Assembly (NCBI RefSeq): GCF_002105155.1
Contig: NW_019028993.1
Span: 682,001 to 746,000 of the forward strand
DNA length: 64,000 nt
Reading direction: 5' to 3'
Origin: Lobosporangium transversale
Taxonomy: Eukaryota
The position numbers and the translations under genes are program-made. Below are positions 36,962 through 51,700 of this stretch, piece after piece. The notes beneath the pieces were generated by a model. It worked only from the letters and a program-made list of their open reading frames with translations, was not told where the DNA came from and searched no databases. How positions within the stretch are numbered: position 1 is the stretch's first letter; the number at the start of each line of letters is the position of its first letter.

Positions 36962-38692
36962 GGTGATAAAATTGAAGGTTAAATTAGGGGAATAGAGGAG
37001 ATAGCAGTGTCTAGAGCAGGTGATAGAGTGAAAGAAGAAACCAAAGGTCAGTTATCAATACTTTTAAAATAATCTGAAGGAAGGCAAGAAAGGTCGACTG
37101 ATACGTGGTAGACAATGTGTTTTTTTTTAAAAAAAAAGCAGGAATAAGGGGTGTTTTGACTAGAAAGGAAATATGGTGGCAAAGCTGTAAGCTTTTCCGT
37201 GGATAATTTCAAACTTGGTGAGGACGAATGATGATGATAACCTTACTCTTTTTGAGAATCAAGCAGATTATCTTGACCAACAACAACCAAAGAAAAGAGG
37301 GAAAAAAAAAAAAAAAAAAAAAAGATTTTACAGTATAGAACAAGAGATGAAAACACCTGTTACCTCAATCACTCAAAGTGAACAAAAAAAAAAAGAAAAA
37401 AGAAAAAACAAATGAAGGGCCGCCACAGAAAGAGATGCTTCGTTTTTTTTTTTTTTTTTTCCTTTTTAATTTTTCGTCTCTACAGTCAAGCCCAAGGCAC
37501 AATACAGAAAAAAGGATTGCAAGTGTCGCCTTGTAGATGAAGGGAAAATAGGTGGGGTGATGGTTGTATGAACTTGTAGTAGCTTGACTTGGTCACCGAT
37601 GACAACAACGAACAACAGTGACTGAGACGAAAGAGTGAGAGAGAAGAGCAAAATCAAAGTGAATTGACTTTGCTAACAAGCGAACAGAGAAGTACACGGC
37701 TGAAGAACAACAACGAACAACAGCCGGACGTTAAAGCAATGAAACAAACAACAATGTAAGAGAAGGGAAGAGAAAGAAGGGTGGAGGATGGATGAGTGAA
37801 GGGAAGGAAAAGAGGAGGTGAAGAGAAAGAACCAAATGAGCCCATCAAAAGGTCTATTTATGCTTTTCTGGTTGTGATCGGCTTTGCACAGCCAACCGAC
37901 CCAAAAGAAAAAAAAAAAATGCGACGCAGTCGATTGCTCTCAATCTCCATTTTCGATGTAATGCATATCAATACACCGACAACACTGGCATGACATGAAT
38001 ATTAAATGTATATCATGGCTAAATATGTTAACACAACGTTTTTTTTTTTTTTTTTTTTTTTTTTTTTGTTCTCCTAGTATTTAATTAGAAGCCAAGATCG
38101 GGAAGAGGGAACCGTTTTTACTAACTTTCATTGTCATCCTGCAATATAGGGGACCCGCAATTAGAATATAGAGCAGCGCCTCCAGAATGGAAGTCACAAA
38201 AAAAAGAAAAAAAAATACGCTCAAACTGCTGCGGCTTCAGCAGACAGTTCACAAAAAAAATCACCGCACAACATAACCGAGACAATTAGGAAACAGGAAC
38301 TAAACTAATTTGGGTTTTACCTGGGAAGGGTATAAAGATCCTGATTTTGCCGTTGTTGTTGAGGATGCTGGTATACTTTATCTGTTTTCACTTAAAATGC
38401 CATTTCGTGCTGAATGTTGCTGTATCAGAAACCAGTATTAAAATGAGATAGTAATAACTATGAAAAATAGGAAAATATAATAAAGCAATAAAAAAAAAAA
38501 AAAAAAAAGCGTTGTGTTGTAAAGTAAGGGTGCAAGGAAATAGCTGGCAAGCCGTAGATCTTTAACTGTGTAGATGAATGTGTATATAGAAGGTTCTTTT
38601 CTCTGCTCTTTCTTTTCTTTTTTTTTTTCTTCCTGGGTTCTATAGAGCCTCTTGCTTGATGGGAATGATACAAAGATGATTTTTCAGTTTTT

Positions 38693-38723
<31 letters not shown>

Positions 38724-40837
38724 GGAGGAACGGCTCCCTTTTTATACTAGAACGGTTTCTTAAAGTGCTCAGCTGCGGTAAGAATTGTCCTTGTACTCAT
38801 CAAGACTCATCTGCATACCAATGATGCTACTCTAAAACTCCTTTTTGAATAACAGGCTTGCTTTTTTTGGGTTCAGAAAGTAATCTTTGTGTACATTTAC
38901 CTTTTTTTCTTTTTAAAAAAGCGCGGCACTGCAGGGGCTGTAGTTGTTGAATGTGCCCCCTCTCTCATACACACACTCACCCTCCCACACAAGCATTCAA
39001 ACATTTATGCATTCCTCTAGACTTTGCTTGGCCTCGCCTTTTTTTTTCTAGTTTATTCTGTACTCCGGTCTGTTAACGTCTAAACAAATTGATCTGGTAA
39101 TCTCCCTCTCTCTTTACTCCTTTTCAGCTGTTATTGCGTACTGTGTGTACACTCTTTGGTCCAATCGTCTGCGTGTCTCTGCTCGCAGTAGATATGACTG
39201 TGTATGTCGAATGCATCCTAAAAAAATCTCCCAAACCTCTTTTTCTCTCTCCACGGACTCGCTTTCGTCCCTCTGATAAAAAAAATGTTCCACAACCAGT
39301 AACCTGCAGGCTGAGCAGTTAAAATTCTTTTGGAGCTGTGCACAGTTAGGGAAAGAGGCCCTCTCTGACCTCTGACCTCTGACCTCATCCCCTCCCTCGC
39401 CACAGAAAAGCATCATTTATAAACATTTGTATACATTCTCCCTCTATTTTTTTTTTTTTTTTTTTTTTTTTCCTTGCCCTTCCAAACCTTCGACCTGGTC
39501 ACCATTCATGCAAAGGCAAATGTAAAATGTAACATTCACTTCTCCTATCGTCCATTGGATTTTTTAAACTCAATATCTTATCTCAATGGAACGTTTACTG
39601 GATGAGTATTGTAAACATGCAATTGTAATTTTTATTTTTTTTATTTTTTTTGTTTATGCGATCTGTGTCTGGAACACAAAGACCTCACCTAGTCTTGGGT
39701 CTCCCTGAATTTAGTTAATTGCATTAATGCAAGGTTTAGGGCTCTGGTTGACATACCTTTTTTTTTTTTTTTTTTACCACTGCTGAATCGTCATTGAGAG
39801 ACCCTTTGTTGTCGATCCTCGATTCTTGGCAGAAAAAAAAGAAAGGACGAAATCCTATTGGATGACAGGACAGGAAAAGTACATGTACTCTTTAACACGA
39901 CAATCGACTAAAAGAAAAAAAGGAGAAAGCCCAACTTTAAAAGAAAAGGATAGAAAGACCCTTTCGGAGAGATCTCCGAATACTTTATTTCAGAGATAAT
40001 GCAATGCAATCGAGACCACAAAAAAAAAAAAAAAAAAAAAAAAGGACCCTTTTGCATTTTTGCAGGTGAATAGATGTGTGTGTGCGCTTGCGTCTGTGTT
40101 TGTGTTTGTGTTTCTGTCTTCGGCAAGTGGAGAATGTGTCGAATGTGAATGTGTGCATGTTGTTGTGTGTGTTTGTGTGGGCTGTGGCATTCGATCTTAA
40201 TTGCATTAATGCACTATGACATGCTTGAGAACAGTAAGCGAGAGTAGAACCAATTTCCTCTCCTTTTGTCTTTCTTCTGTCTGTTGACCTTCCTAACCAA
40301 TGTCCTTTCCTATTCCCTTCTTTGTGCAAAAGGGTCTTTTTTTTTTTTTTTTTTTTTTTTACTTTTCTTCGGCAACTTTCTTTTTTCTTTTTCTGTGCCA
40401 AAACAAAAAATTGAAATTTTACTTTGTGCTTTGTGCTTTGCTTCCCCAATCGGTCAGACACCCGTAAAAAGACCCTGGGCTGTCCTTACTGGTAAAGTTA
40501 CAGCCTGCCGAAGTTGTTGCGTTTGATAATGACAGCAGTTTTGTTGCAATATGGGGCTTCTTTTTTTTTTTTTTTTTTTTTTTCTTTTTTTTCTTTTTTT
40601 TTGCTACCACTATTGTCACCATTTCTACGGTTACTACGACAATGTTATGCATATGCATTGATACAGAAAAACAAAAATATGACCTTCTTTGCATAATGCA
40701 TAATGCATACCAATTATTGCCCTGCTAATCAGACGACATGACACAGGGATGCATGATCAATGTGATTATTTTTTTTTTATTTATTATTTATCTTTATATA
40801 TATTTATATATATTTTTACAAATACACACTTTTGTTT

Positions 40838-41717
40838 CTATACGAGCTCGAAGTAACGCTTTGTCTCCCAAGTTGTCACGGATGTTTCCCAGATTCTGTA
40901 CTCATTTAACCTCGTAGCCCCATAATGATCCACAAATGCGTCGCCCAAGACCTTCCTAGCAAGTGAATCTGGTGCAAGCATAGCCTCAGCAGATTCCTTT
41001 AATGACTTTGGTAGGCGTTCGTTCTTGGCATTGGCGTTGGTACCACTGTTTTGTGTTGTTGCTGTTGTTGTCGTGGGTCCTACGGGCAGGGGCAGTTTGT
41101 TCTTGATACCGTACAAACCCATTGCTAAACAGGCAGCAATAGCTAAATGAGGATTGATATCCGCACCACCAACGCGCATCTCGAGACGAGTACCTTTTGG
41201 ATCACATTGAGGTGGCCCAATCACCCGAATGGCAGAGACACGACTCTCGATCCCCCAGGAGACTGTGACGGGTGCCCAGTAATTCTCCACTAGACGCTTA
41301 TAAGAGTTGATGTTGGGCGCAAGAATAGCCATGATACTTGGCAGTCCAGTCAGGAGCCCTGCAACGAACCACTTCATCACCTGACTCATATATTGGACTC
41401 CCTCAACAGTTTTCTCCCACTCTGGTCTGTCCTGGCCCTCTGTTGATGCCGCTGCTCCTTTTTCTTCTTCACTATCGCTGTTAAGGCCGGCAGCAAAGAG
41501 GTTGGTGCGGGAAGCAATATCACGTAGCGAGAAGTGAAGGTGTCCTGAGCACCCAGGTTGATCAGTATATGGTTTTGCCATGAACGTAGGCATGATTCCA
41601 TGTTTAATGCCCAGTTGCTTCGCGGATAATTTGAACAAGCTGGCCATATCAGCCATCCTAACCGCAGTATCATACGACAGTGCTGCTTCAAACACTCCAG
41701 GACCTGTTTTTCATCAC

Positions 41718-41748
<31 letters not shown>

Positions 41749-42080
41749 TATAATTGGAGAGGACAGTAAGTGGTGTGTGAAAAGATCCAGTTTTTTTTTC
41801 TTTTTTTTTTTTTTTTTTTTTTTTTTACTAGTTTCATTCCCAAGCCCCGAGTATTATTTTTTCCCACGAAAAAATAGAATTGGAATATAATGTACCTGTT
41901 TCTGTATGAAGACTCTCAATGTTGATGTCAAATTTCTTGCATTCATCAAAGATGTCATAAAAGTATTCCTGATTTAAGGATGGGCGAAGGAGAGAGTAGC
42001 CGAACATCCCTGGTGTCAACTTTTTTGGTTTAGTATGCCCCTTCGCCTCCAGTGCTTCTGGTGATTCTGTTATAATTAGA

Positions 42081-42111
<31 letters not shown>

Positions 42112-42863
42112 AAAAAAAGAAAGAAAGAAGGTTAAAAATCAAGACATTTTACATCGTTATCACCCATCTCCGCGTCATAGATGAAAACTGTGGTGTTCTG
42201 TCTGATGTTCCATGTCTTTGATACTTTCCTCATGAAGGAAAAATAAAAAAAAAAAAAAAAAAAAAAGCAACCGGAATATATTAGCAAGCTAATTTACCTT
42301 TGAAGTTGAAGAATTCGAATTCTGCTCCACACATGGCTTCCCAGCCCATTGACGCCAATTCATCTGTTACTCGTTTAAGGACACTGCGAGGACAGACAGC
42401 GAGGGGCTCGTTTGTAGCAGGGTCTAGGAATGACAATAAGAAAAACGGGATGTTGTTCTCCCAAGGAATGCGTCTGAAAGTTGAGAGATCAGGTACAGCA
42501 ATAATATCTCTGTAGCCTAATTTAGTTCATGTAGCCAAAACACAAAAATTAGTTTTTAGTCAAATATTTGATGTCGAATTGAGAGGACAAAAGACAGAGA
42601 GAAGCAACATTCTTTTGTTTACCATTTGCTGCATTCGAGACACTTAGTTCCTCAGGGTAGGTCTGATCATGCATATCCCAACCAAAGATGACAGAACAAA
42701 AGCCAAAGCCAGATTCAAGGACTGACAAGAACTTGGACTTTGCCATGATTTTGCCACGAAAGATACCGTCCAGATCTATGCCAGCGATCTTGACACGATG
42801 ATCTTTCATGAGAAGTTTTGTGAAGACTTCTGTCTTTGACATTTGATTGGGATCTTGAGACAT
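40838..42863 (-). CDS. Glutamine synthetase family protein (GSI-like / gamma-glutamyl ligase type; exons 42623..42863, 42298..42516, 41896..42066, 40838..41703)
   Basis: Motifs GIDLDGIFRGK, GAEFEFF, LHTETGPGVFE, TFMAKP...GCSGHLHFSL, NSYKRL and RLEMRVGGADINP. Intron phases are compatible. Confidence 0.9.
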
Positions 42864-42906
42864 CCTTATCTGAATGATGGAAATAAAGATTTAAAGAAAG
42901 AAAGAG

Positions 42907-42940
<34 letters not shown>

Positions 42941-43356
42941 GACCACTTTTGAGGCTCTGATGATGGAGGAAAAAAAAGTAGAGATGTAATAGTTACGGAA
43001 ATAAGAAAGAAAAGAAAGAAGGAGAGAGAGGGAGGGAGAAGTATAAAAAATCATTTTTGTAGACGCGGTTTTTTATTTTATTTTATTTTTTATTTGGATG
43101 ATGATGTAATGAAGGAAGTTGATAATGGTATACACATAATTGACGCGAGAGGCACAATGCAATCATGCAGGTCGTAAGATCGCGACCCAATTCTTTTATT
43201 TTGTTCCTGAACAGTTTGGAAACGGGAATATTTTACTCTCTCGACGACGGGTCCCGCGTCTTTTTTTTCTCAAAAAAAAAAAAAAAAAAAAAAAAATATG
43301 CAGGCATGAATTTAGCAATGTGTTCCCGCCAAAGAAATATTGCATGGTTTGCATTG

Positions 43357-43393
<37 letters not shown>

Positions 43394-44421
43394 AAAAACT
43401 TCTTTATTTTGTTTGCTTTGTCCAAAGATGGAAATAGCTTTATTTATTTTATTTTATTTTGTTATAGATATTATATTATGACTATTTTCGTTAATATCCA
43501 TTATCTCCTGTCATTCCATCTTTTGTAGACATCTGACAAGGTCCAAGGGAGCCGGCTCCCCTTGATGTCATTTGATCTTCCCTGGAGACATCACGTGGAG
43601 CAACGAGAGCAAGCAGAAATAAGAAACTCAATATTAGAATATTGAATATTGAGCAAAAGAAAAAGAGCAGAGCCACAATTAAAAAGCCGAGAGGATTGCT
43701 TATGATTTGATGTTTGATGTTTGGTGTTTGATGTTTGATGTCTGATGCTTAATGTTTGAAGAAAGAGAGAGAGCGTGAAGTTGATGGTCAATCGCTCAAA
43801 CAAGTCTCTCTTTATCTCTTGATCTCTTTTCGCTCTTGACTCGCTCCTTTTTCTACCGTTAATGTGATGCCATGGCTATTTGCTCGCTTGCTGCAATAGA
43901 CTAACAAAGCGTATGTTCCATCAAATCAAATTGTCCTGATATGATACATCACACCGAATTGGTTCATACATGGCATGTCCGTAAAAAAAAAAAAAAAAAA
44001 AAAAAGATAAAAGATGGTATGGTATACATAAACATGTATAATTTTTTTTTTAATGCATGTTGCAATGTGGATCTAAAATAGGCATTGGTGACCCATGTAA
44101 GCTTGAAGTTGTATGGTCTCTGCTCTGCTCTCAATCTTTTTTTTTTATTTTTTATTCTATTTCCCAATCTGTGATACAAGCCCTTTTCTTCCTCTTTTTT
44201 TTTTTTTTTTTTTCTTTCTTTCTTTTCTCTTCTCTTTTTTCTTTTTCCATCATCTCTACTCCATCCTTCTGATCCTCCCTCATTCCATATTTCTAATCAT
44301 CATTTGCCCTCACACAGCACCCCTTGCTAACTCTATACTTTTTTCAACTTCACCCCCTCAGCTCATCTAATCCTTCATCTATTCTTTCTCACTTTTACTT
44401 CCACACTACATTCTTATAACC

Positions 44422-44740
44422 ATGGCTAGCGAAGTTCGTAAGTACATCATCTCTCATTCTTCATCCCATTTGTTCCCGTCAGATGTCCCCATTCAATTAC
44501 AAAACTAACTCTCTCTTACTCTTTCTCTCTCTCTTTTCTTTTTTGTATCTTTGTATATCTTGTGACAATAATTAGCTCTCCCAATGACCCCTCCTACTTC
44601 CAAGGCAAGCTAATCTTCCCATTTAATATTTTATTTATCAATCAGTTGCATGCTTGTCCCTCGCTCGTTCCTATCTCTATCTCTCTTTCATTGTCAACAT
44701 CACCCCTCGATCGTTTTGAATTTCAGTATATGACGAAGAC

Positions 44741-44772
<32 letters not shown>

Positions 44773-45319
44773 GAAAAAGAAAAAGAGGGGGGATCTGGTC
44801 CATAACAAAGCATTACTTGAGCAAAAAAAACACCAAGAATGAGCTGAATGAATGAGAAACACGACTTTCCTCTTTCTTGTGTATTCATAATGTAACAGAC
44901 AGACAGAGTTGACTGTTCAGGATGGCATTGCTTTTTCAGCTGGTCTATAGACAAATGCTCCATTCTTAATACTGCAACCACGAATGATGGACGGGCAATC
45001 ACTCTTTCAAGCTTGTTTAATGAATAAGCTATTAACAAACGCTTCCTTTTTTTAATATCAACAGCCCGCGATCAGTGGCCCTCTTCGCAAGAAATTGCAA
45101 GGCTATGTCGGCTTTGCCAACCTCCCTAACCAGGTCCACCGCAAGTCCGTGAAGAAAGGCTTCAACTTCACCATCATGGTTGTTGGTAAGTCAGATCTCT
45201 TGCTGCTCTGCAGAACAGACATTTACTACTGCACTAACAATAGTGGACAAAAACAACGCTATTTTTTTTTTTTAAAAAATGAGCCGTCTTTGCTCTCGTC
45301 CTATTCTTTATGGTGTCTG

Positions 45320-45350
<31 letters not shown>

Positions 45351-47113
45351 CGGAAAAGATGGGCTCGCAGACCCAATCCAGGGATATTAATAAACCATGT
45401 TGTGTACTTGCTTGTTACTTGAGATGTCTTCAGAAAAAAAAAAAAAAAAAAAAAAAGGGTGGCATGTTTCATTTGGGTGGACTCATTGAAGAGAGAACCA
45501 GGAAAGACCTTAAGCTTTCAGGATTCTCAAAAAAATCGTTTTCAGCCCATAATTCATTCATCATGGACGCAAAATAAAAAAAAGAACAAACTTCCTTTTT
45601 ACAGGTTTCCGAAACCACTTCTAACCTAATGACGTGACTCTTTGCTTTTCTTGGACATTTTCATTAGGTGAATCTGGTCTTGGCAAGTCAACGCTCGTCA
45701 ACACCTTATTCAATGCCCCTCTTTACCCTCCCAAGGAGCATGTTCCTCTTTCAGATGAGAGTCCCAAGACCGTTAGCATCCAAGTCTTGAGCACCGATAT
45801 TGAGGAGAATGGCGTCCGCTTGAAGCTTAATGTTGTTGACACCCCTGGCTTTGGTGACTTTATCAACAACGAAGAAAGGTAGTTTTTAAGACAGCATAAA
45901 CAACACGTGTATTTTGTATTTTGACAAAGAATACACAATGCTAAAACCACTTTTTACATTTATTTTACCCTACACATCTAGCTGGAAGCCCATCTTGGAG
46001 ACCATTGAGAGCCGGTTTGACGCATATCTTGAGCAGGAGAACAGAGTCAACCGCAGCAAAATCACTGACACCCGTGTTAATGCCTGCTTATATTTCATTG
46101 CCCCTACTGGTCATTCTCTCAAGTCTCTTGATATTGAGTTCATGAAGCGTCTTCACAACAAGGTCAACTTGATCCCCGTCATTGCCAAGAGTGATACCAT
46201 GACTAATGAGGAGATCACCGCTTTCAAGGAGAGAGTATGTCCACAACACTGTGATGCTACTACAACGCTTTTCCTAGCTTCTTGTATCAAAGACCTTTAA
46301 AATATGGACTTAAAAAGCATTCTCTTTTTCTTTGGAAATTGCTTCTAGATTCTTCTGGATATTGCTCATCACGATATCAAGATCTATCACGCTCAGCATT
46401 ACGACTGCGATGACATCGAAACCATCAATGAAACCAAGGATGTCATGGTATGGGAGACCTTTCCCCACAATATTTAAAGTCTATTCTGGGCTCAAACAAG
46501 CATTTTTACTCAATGATATATGCTTTTTTCTTTCTCTTTTCCCTCCTTCCTAACGGACTTTATTTAGAGCAAGATCCCTTTTGCAATTGTTGGCTCTGAC
46601 AGGCTCGTTGAGACTTCTGATGGCCGCCAGGTTCGTGGTCGTAAATATCCATGGGGCATCATTGAGGTCGATAATGAAGAGCACTGCGACTTTGTTAAGC
46701 TTCGTCAGATGTTGATCCGCACGCACATGGAGGAACTTCGTGAGTTCACAAATGACATTCACTATGAGAACTACCGCACAGAGAAGTTGCTTGCCATGGG
46801 CTATCAGCAGGACAACACTGTCTTCAAGGAGGTAGATCCTTTGGCCAAGTTGGAAGAGGAACGCGCTCTGCATGAAGCCAAGCTGATCAAGATGGAGCAG
46901 GATATGAAACATGTCTTCCAACAGAAGGTCCAAGAGAAGGAAGCCAAGTTGACACAGTCCGAAGCCGAGCTCTATGCCAAGCACAAGGAGATGAAGGACG
47001 CACTTGAAAAACAACGTCTGGATTTGGAAGAGAAGAAGAGGCGGATCGAGCAGGGCCGTCCCCTCACGCCAGAGAAGACCAAGAAGAAGGGCTTTGGCTT
47101 TGCTACCAAGTAA
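44422..47113 (+). CDS. Septin, Cdc3/AspB-like (exons 44422..44437, 44576..44604, 45065..45185, 45668..45878, 45982..46234, 46349..46447, 46568..47113)
   Basis: [17 protein letters not shown]-loop [28 protein letters not shown] and a C-terminal coiled coil ending KKKGF. Confidence 0.92.
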
Positions 47114-47689
47114 AAAAAACAACAACAGCAACAACAACAACAAAAAAAAAAAAAAAAAAAAAAAAAAAAGACAAATATCAACATTCTTTTAAATGACTTC
47201 TTTCCTTTGTGTCGGTCTTCTTGATTTTCTCTGGGAGATAGAGAGGAAACACATTAGTTTTAAGATCTTGAAAAGATGATCAGAAAAATCATGATTATTT
47301 TATTATTATTACTATTATTATTATTATTATTATTATTACCATTATTACTATTATATTTCTTCCCCTTTTCTTTTTTCTTTTTACAATTATAGTCTGACTA
47401 AACGCGTAATGAAATACACTACAATATAATAATAATAATATAAACTATTTCCTTGATCCAAAGCGTTAATCATTCATGGGCAGAAAGCCAGTTCGTTAAC
47501 CATCTAGTCAAGAGACCCTTTTTTTTTTATAACAAGGTCACTCAGGGCTGTTGTTGTCTTGAAACCGAAACCGGCTTTCCACCTGAGAGCGATAGACTTG
47601 GTAAGTGATGAGAGTGCAATAACTTCTAAATCAACTTTTAATTATTTGATCAGTCGTAAATCACCTGATTTAATAAATACTGGCTATCT

Positions 47690-48732
47690 ACAGCCCTTCA
47701 AACAACCTGAACCAATCAGGGATCTAGGCCCTAGTGGGCACCAAGCACTGTATGCATGGTCATCACTATAACCCACAAGGATTGCAGCTAAAGACTTTGG
47801 CACGGAGCGGAAAGAAGCATTATCTTTAGGGTTGGCAGGCAAAACATTCCTACTAGGAGAGTTTACAGTTCGAAAGACACGCAGGAGAATCCAACCAATG
47901 CTGTTGAAAAAAGGCAACTCAGTGGACAACCTTCGTGATACCAACGACCTCACGAGAGATAATACGCCATGGAGCCTCACAGTGGCGCAGGTGTAGACAA
48001 CGTACACTCGCTTGCACCACAAGCACCGGTGAAATAAGGAAAAGATCTGCTTTTCCTGTTAGCGCACAAAAGGGTGCTGACCAACAATATCAGACGAATT
48101 TGGAATGATAACAATACACAAGGCTTCTGTCGCCGATGCGACTCTACCCAGCTAGAAGACAATGTGCATACGTTTCATGATAGCTCCGCTTTAAGAGCCT
48201 TTTGGAATACAGTGCACCTTAAATTCACAACACTCTATCCTACAACTCGGTTTAGCACAACCGCCAAGGACCGAATCCTCTGTTGGTCACAAATCGACAT
48301 TGAGGAAGAGGTGTCACTAGCGATCCACATCCACTCGGTCGCGGTGTGGGCGATATTCGTGGCGTTCTGTCAGCTAGGGGGACGGACAGCAAGTCAAAGA
48401 CGGATATCTCGAGATGATATTCGGACGACGAGCCGCCGCCGACGATTGGATACGCGCGTACCAACGAGACAAGAAGAAAGCGGCGAGACCCCGACAAGCC
48501 CAGGACCAGAGCCAGCAAGGGCCAGAGTGGCAGCGGCAAGAATCCAAGGCACCGGATATCCAAGTGACCGATGGAGGAGGACCCTCATTCAGTGCATTAT
48601 TTCACCATGTATCGTCCGACTAAAACCTTAAAAGCCTAACTCTGAACACGGCAATATACCCTAATATCTGTTACCACCGAAAAACACACCCAAAAAACAA
48701 CAAAATAAAATAAAATAAAATAAAATAAAAAA
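47690..48732 (+). mobile_element. Degenerate 3' fragment of a non-LTR retrotransposon
   Basis: Stop-containing frame with zf-RVT-like CRRCDSTQLEDNVHTF...FW, ending in a (TAAAA)n tail at ~48700-48732. Confidence 0.5.
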
Positions 48733-51700
48733 TCCTGAGCTCACCTTCTTTCCCGCCTGTACATTGCGTCAAACGGCACACTTGCAGCAATATGCTTGCT
48801 ACACCCCCTCCAAAGTTCCAGTGCTAGTTGCTGATAAAAGGCATGAACAACTAAAAGCTCTGGCACCTCGTGTGAAGAACCACCACGAACCAGCAGGGAG
48901 CTATATATATATTTTTTTTTTTTTTTTTTTTTTGATAACAAGGACCCTCAGGGTCATGGGATTTATTTTCTACACTCTATGAACAAAATGCTCCAGAAAC
49001 TATAGTCAATAAACAGCTATTACTGCACAAACGACAAGAACCGCTGTATCCATGATTTCATAAACCCTGACCGCCGTGGTTGGTACTCAAAGTCCACCTT
49101 TCCGACGTGGCTTGTTGCGCAACACGACAAATTATCCGCTATCCATAGTCATCAAAAACTTCATTCCACCTAGCCGCTCCATCACGTCCAGTTTGGTTTT
49201 CCCAAGGTAACTGTCCCGGACTCGGTCATCCGCGATCTTGTAGGTCTCTTTTACATTCAGCTTCTGTCTTTGTCTGAGGGAAGGGACAAGGAAATCATTG
49301 CTACTACATCTGTGCTCCCCAACACAGTTGCTTCCTCTAGCGTGTTTGCTCATAGCAGTGATTCCACGAGCCTTTTCCCATTCAACGGCGACTTTACACC
49401 GTTTGTTCCAGATTTCTGTAGGACCGAATTCTTCTATGGCCTTGACAAAGCGCCCTGCCATATATGTAGCTATCCTTGTTGTTGTCTTGAAGCCAACTTT
49501 CCAACTCTGAGCAATGGACTTGGGCGTAAGTCCATGGTAAATGTCCTGCACAGACCAATCTGGTGTGTGCTCTCTCTCACCATAGCGTCGTACTTCTCGC
49601 ACACCATCGATATGCATCTCTAGAGTTTTCCAAATGTAATCCTCCTCTACCGCAGTAAAAGTTGGCTCTTTTGTCCTTGGTGGGTCTACACCTCTCTCTC
49701 TGGCCCTTTGTGCTTGCTCCTGCACTGCTTTCAACTCTTCCCTCCATGTCCTCTCCCCTATCACATTCACATTTTGGATTATCTCCTTCCACTTCTCGGC
49801 CTGAGTCTCCATCGTCCTTGGACATCTCCAGATGTGCGATGTGTCTTCATCCTCTGTCCCACACACTCTGCAGTTGCCGTCTTCATAAAGGTCTGGCCTC
49901 CAGTGTCTCATATATGACTGTGTGGGCAACATTCCATGGAGTTTCTTGATCCTGTGCGCTCGCTTTTGGCAGTCCGCTGGGCTGGTGAAGAGTCCTTTCG
50001 GTAGGTTGCTACCATGAACAATGTTCATAGTAGCTCGCCAATCAATTTTTGTCCAATCCTTAACATGCTCCTGCGTCCTGTTCTGAACGACCCAAGTGCG
50101 ATGTGTGCGAGTTGTTGACTGTAACTTAAGGATCTGCCTTAAGTCATCTTCCGCCGGTATGCCGTTGAACTTTGCATGGCAATACATGTCATTATGCTCC
50201 GTTATGTTGATATCCCATAGCTCGCCATAATATCCATGTTTTGCTGCTTCGTCCGCTTCTTCGTTCCCTCGGTTGCCGGCATGTCCTTTGACCCACTCGA
50301 CCGTGACTTCCGATCCTTGTTGAATAAATGTGTTGTGTATAGCTGCCCACCATACTGCATACGGTGATCTAATACGTTGTCGCAACGTGCTATCCACTCT
50401 GTCTCGGACCAATGCTCGGAATTGAGTTACAACTGCGCTGTTATCAAGTCGGATTGTCATAGGTCTATTTCGTGGGCTGATAAGTATCCCTGCCAACAAA
50501 CCAGATAGCTCTGCCTTTGTCGAGGATGCGTTGCCTGCTACTCTACCAGATAGCGCAGTGTAAAAATCACCTTCTTGTGTCTGGACTACTACACCAAATG
50601 CCATACTTACTCTTTCAGTGCCAATATCTTTGAGAGATCTATCCGTATAAATGACATTACCCGGCTGGGTATTGTACCGTTCCCTTTGGCGTTGGATTTT
50701 CTCCTCGGTATTGGCACTAATGATAACTCCATTTGTGTCCCTGGCTAGGCCTCTGTTGACTTCAGGGATCGCTTTTAGGCACGGTGTCTCGTTGGAATCC
50801 AGGTCGACTTTTGCTCTCCTTAGCAGAGCTTGCTCGCTCAGACCCTCATATCTCCTTGTGTTCTGGGTCCGGCGTCTCCTCGCTTCTTCGCGGGCTCGCA
50901 TGCGCTCGCCATGCCTTCGCTCTCGGTCCTGGTGGCGTTCTGCTCTTCTGACTATGGCATCTAACTTTGCTCTTTGTCGTCTAAGATTATGTTCTCTGGT
51001 TGCTCTGCGCGCCTCTTTCATAACAGCTTCTCGTCTCTTCTTTCGCTCCTTTTGTTGAGCCAGAATCCACTTCATTCCATTTGGTGCCTCAGCAGCTTGA
51101 TTGGCCGGTGATACTGTCAAGGTTCTGTTCGCTGCCTCATCCTTTATGAATTGGTTGAGTGCACGAATCGCTTCTCGATCTTCGTCTTCCGTATCCCCGC
51201 CTAGCGAGCTGACATAACTACTGTCGCTGTTGCTGTCATCATCACTGACGTCTAAGAGTGCCAGTTTCCTCCTGTTCCATTCTCTTGCATGCCTACCCAC
51301 ATAATCGCTGTCGAAGCAAAAGTTTTGAAGTTGGTTGAACCAGAATGGCGAAACTTTAGGCCCTCCGTAACGGGTCCTGGATGCGTGCCATGAGATCATG
51401 TCCTCCTTATCGTCCGTAAGTGTTTGATCCACAAAGTATACCATACGCTTGATGAGCGCCTTCCATACGTCTGGTGATTCTCCGTTTAGCCATTTCCATG
51501 TCGAGAGAGCGTTGTGTGGGAGACCAAATTCGGCTGCGATCGATAGGTCGAAAGTAATGTTACGATTCTTCATTTCTTCACAAACATTCGATATAAAGTT
51601 ATGGCGATACTTTTTGACACGATGTGGCTCCAAAGTTGGTGAGACTTCCATCTTATTCCTGTGCTGCAGCATCAGTACTCGTGTCCGACATATCCGTCCC

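Noticed and set aside
20400..44400. Many short ORFs rich in poly-F, poly-K or poly-I
   Set aside because: They are products of poly(A/T) tracts and microsatellites with no coding signal.
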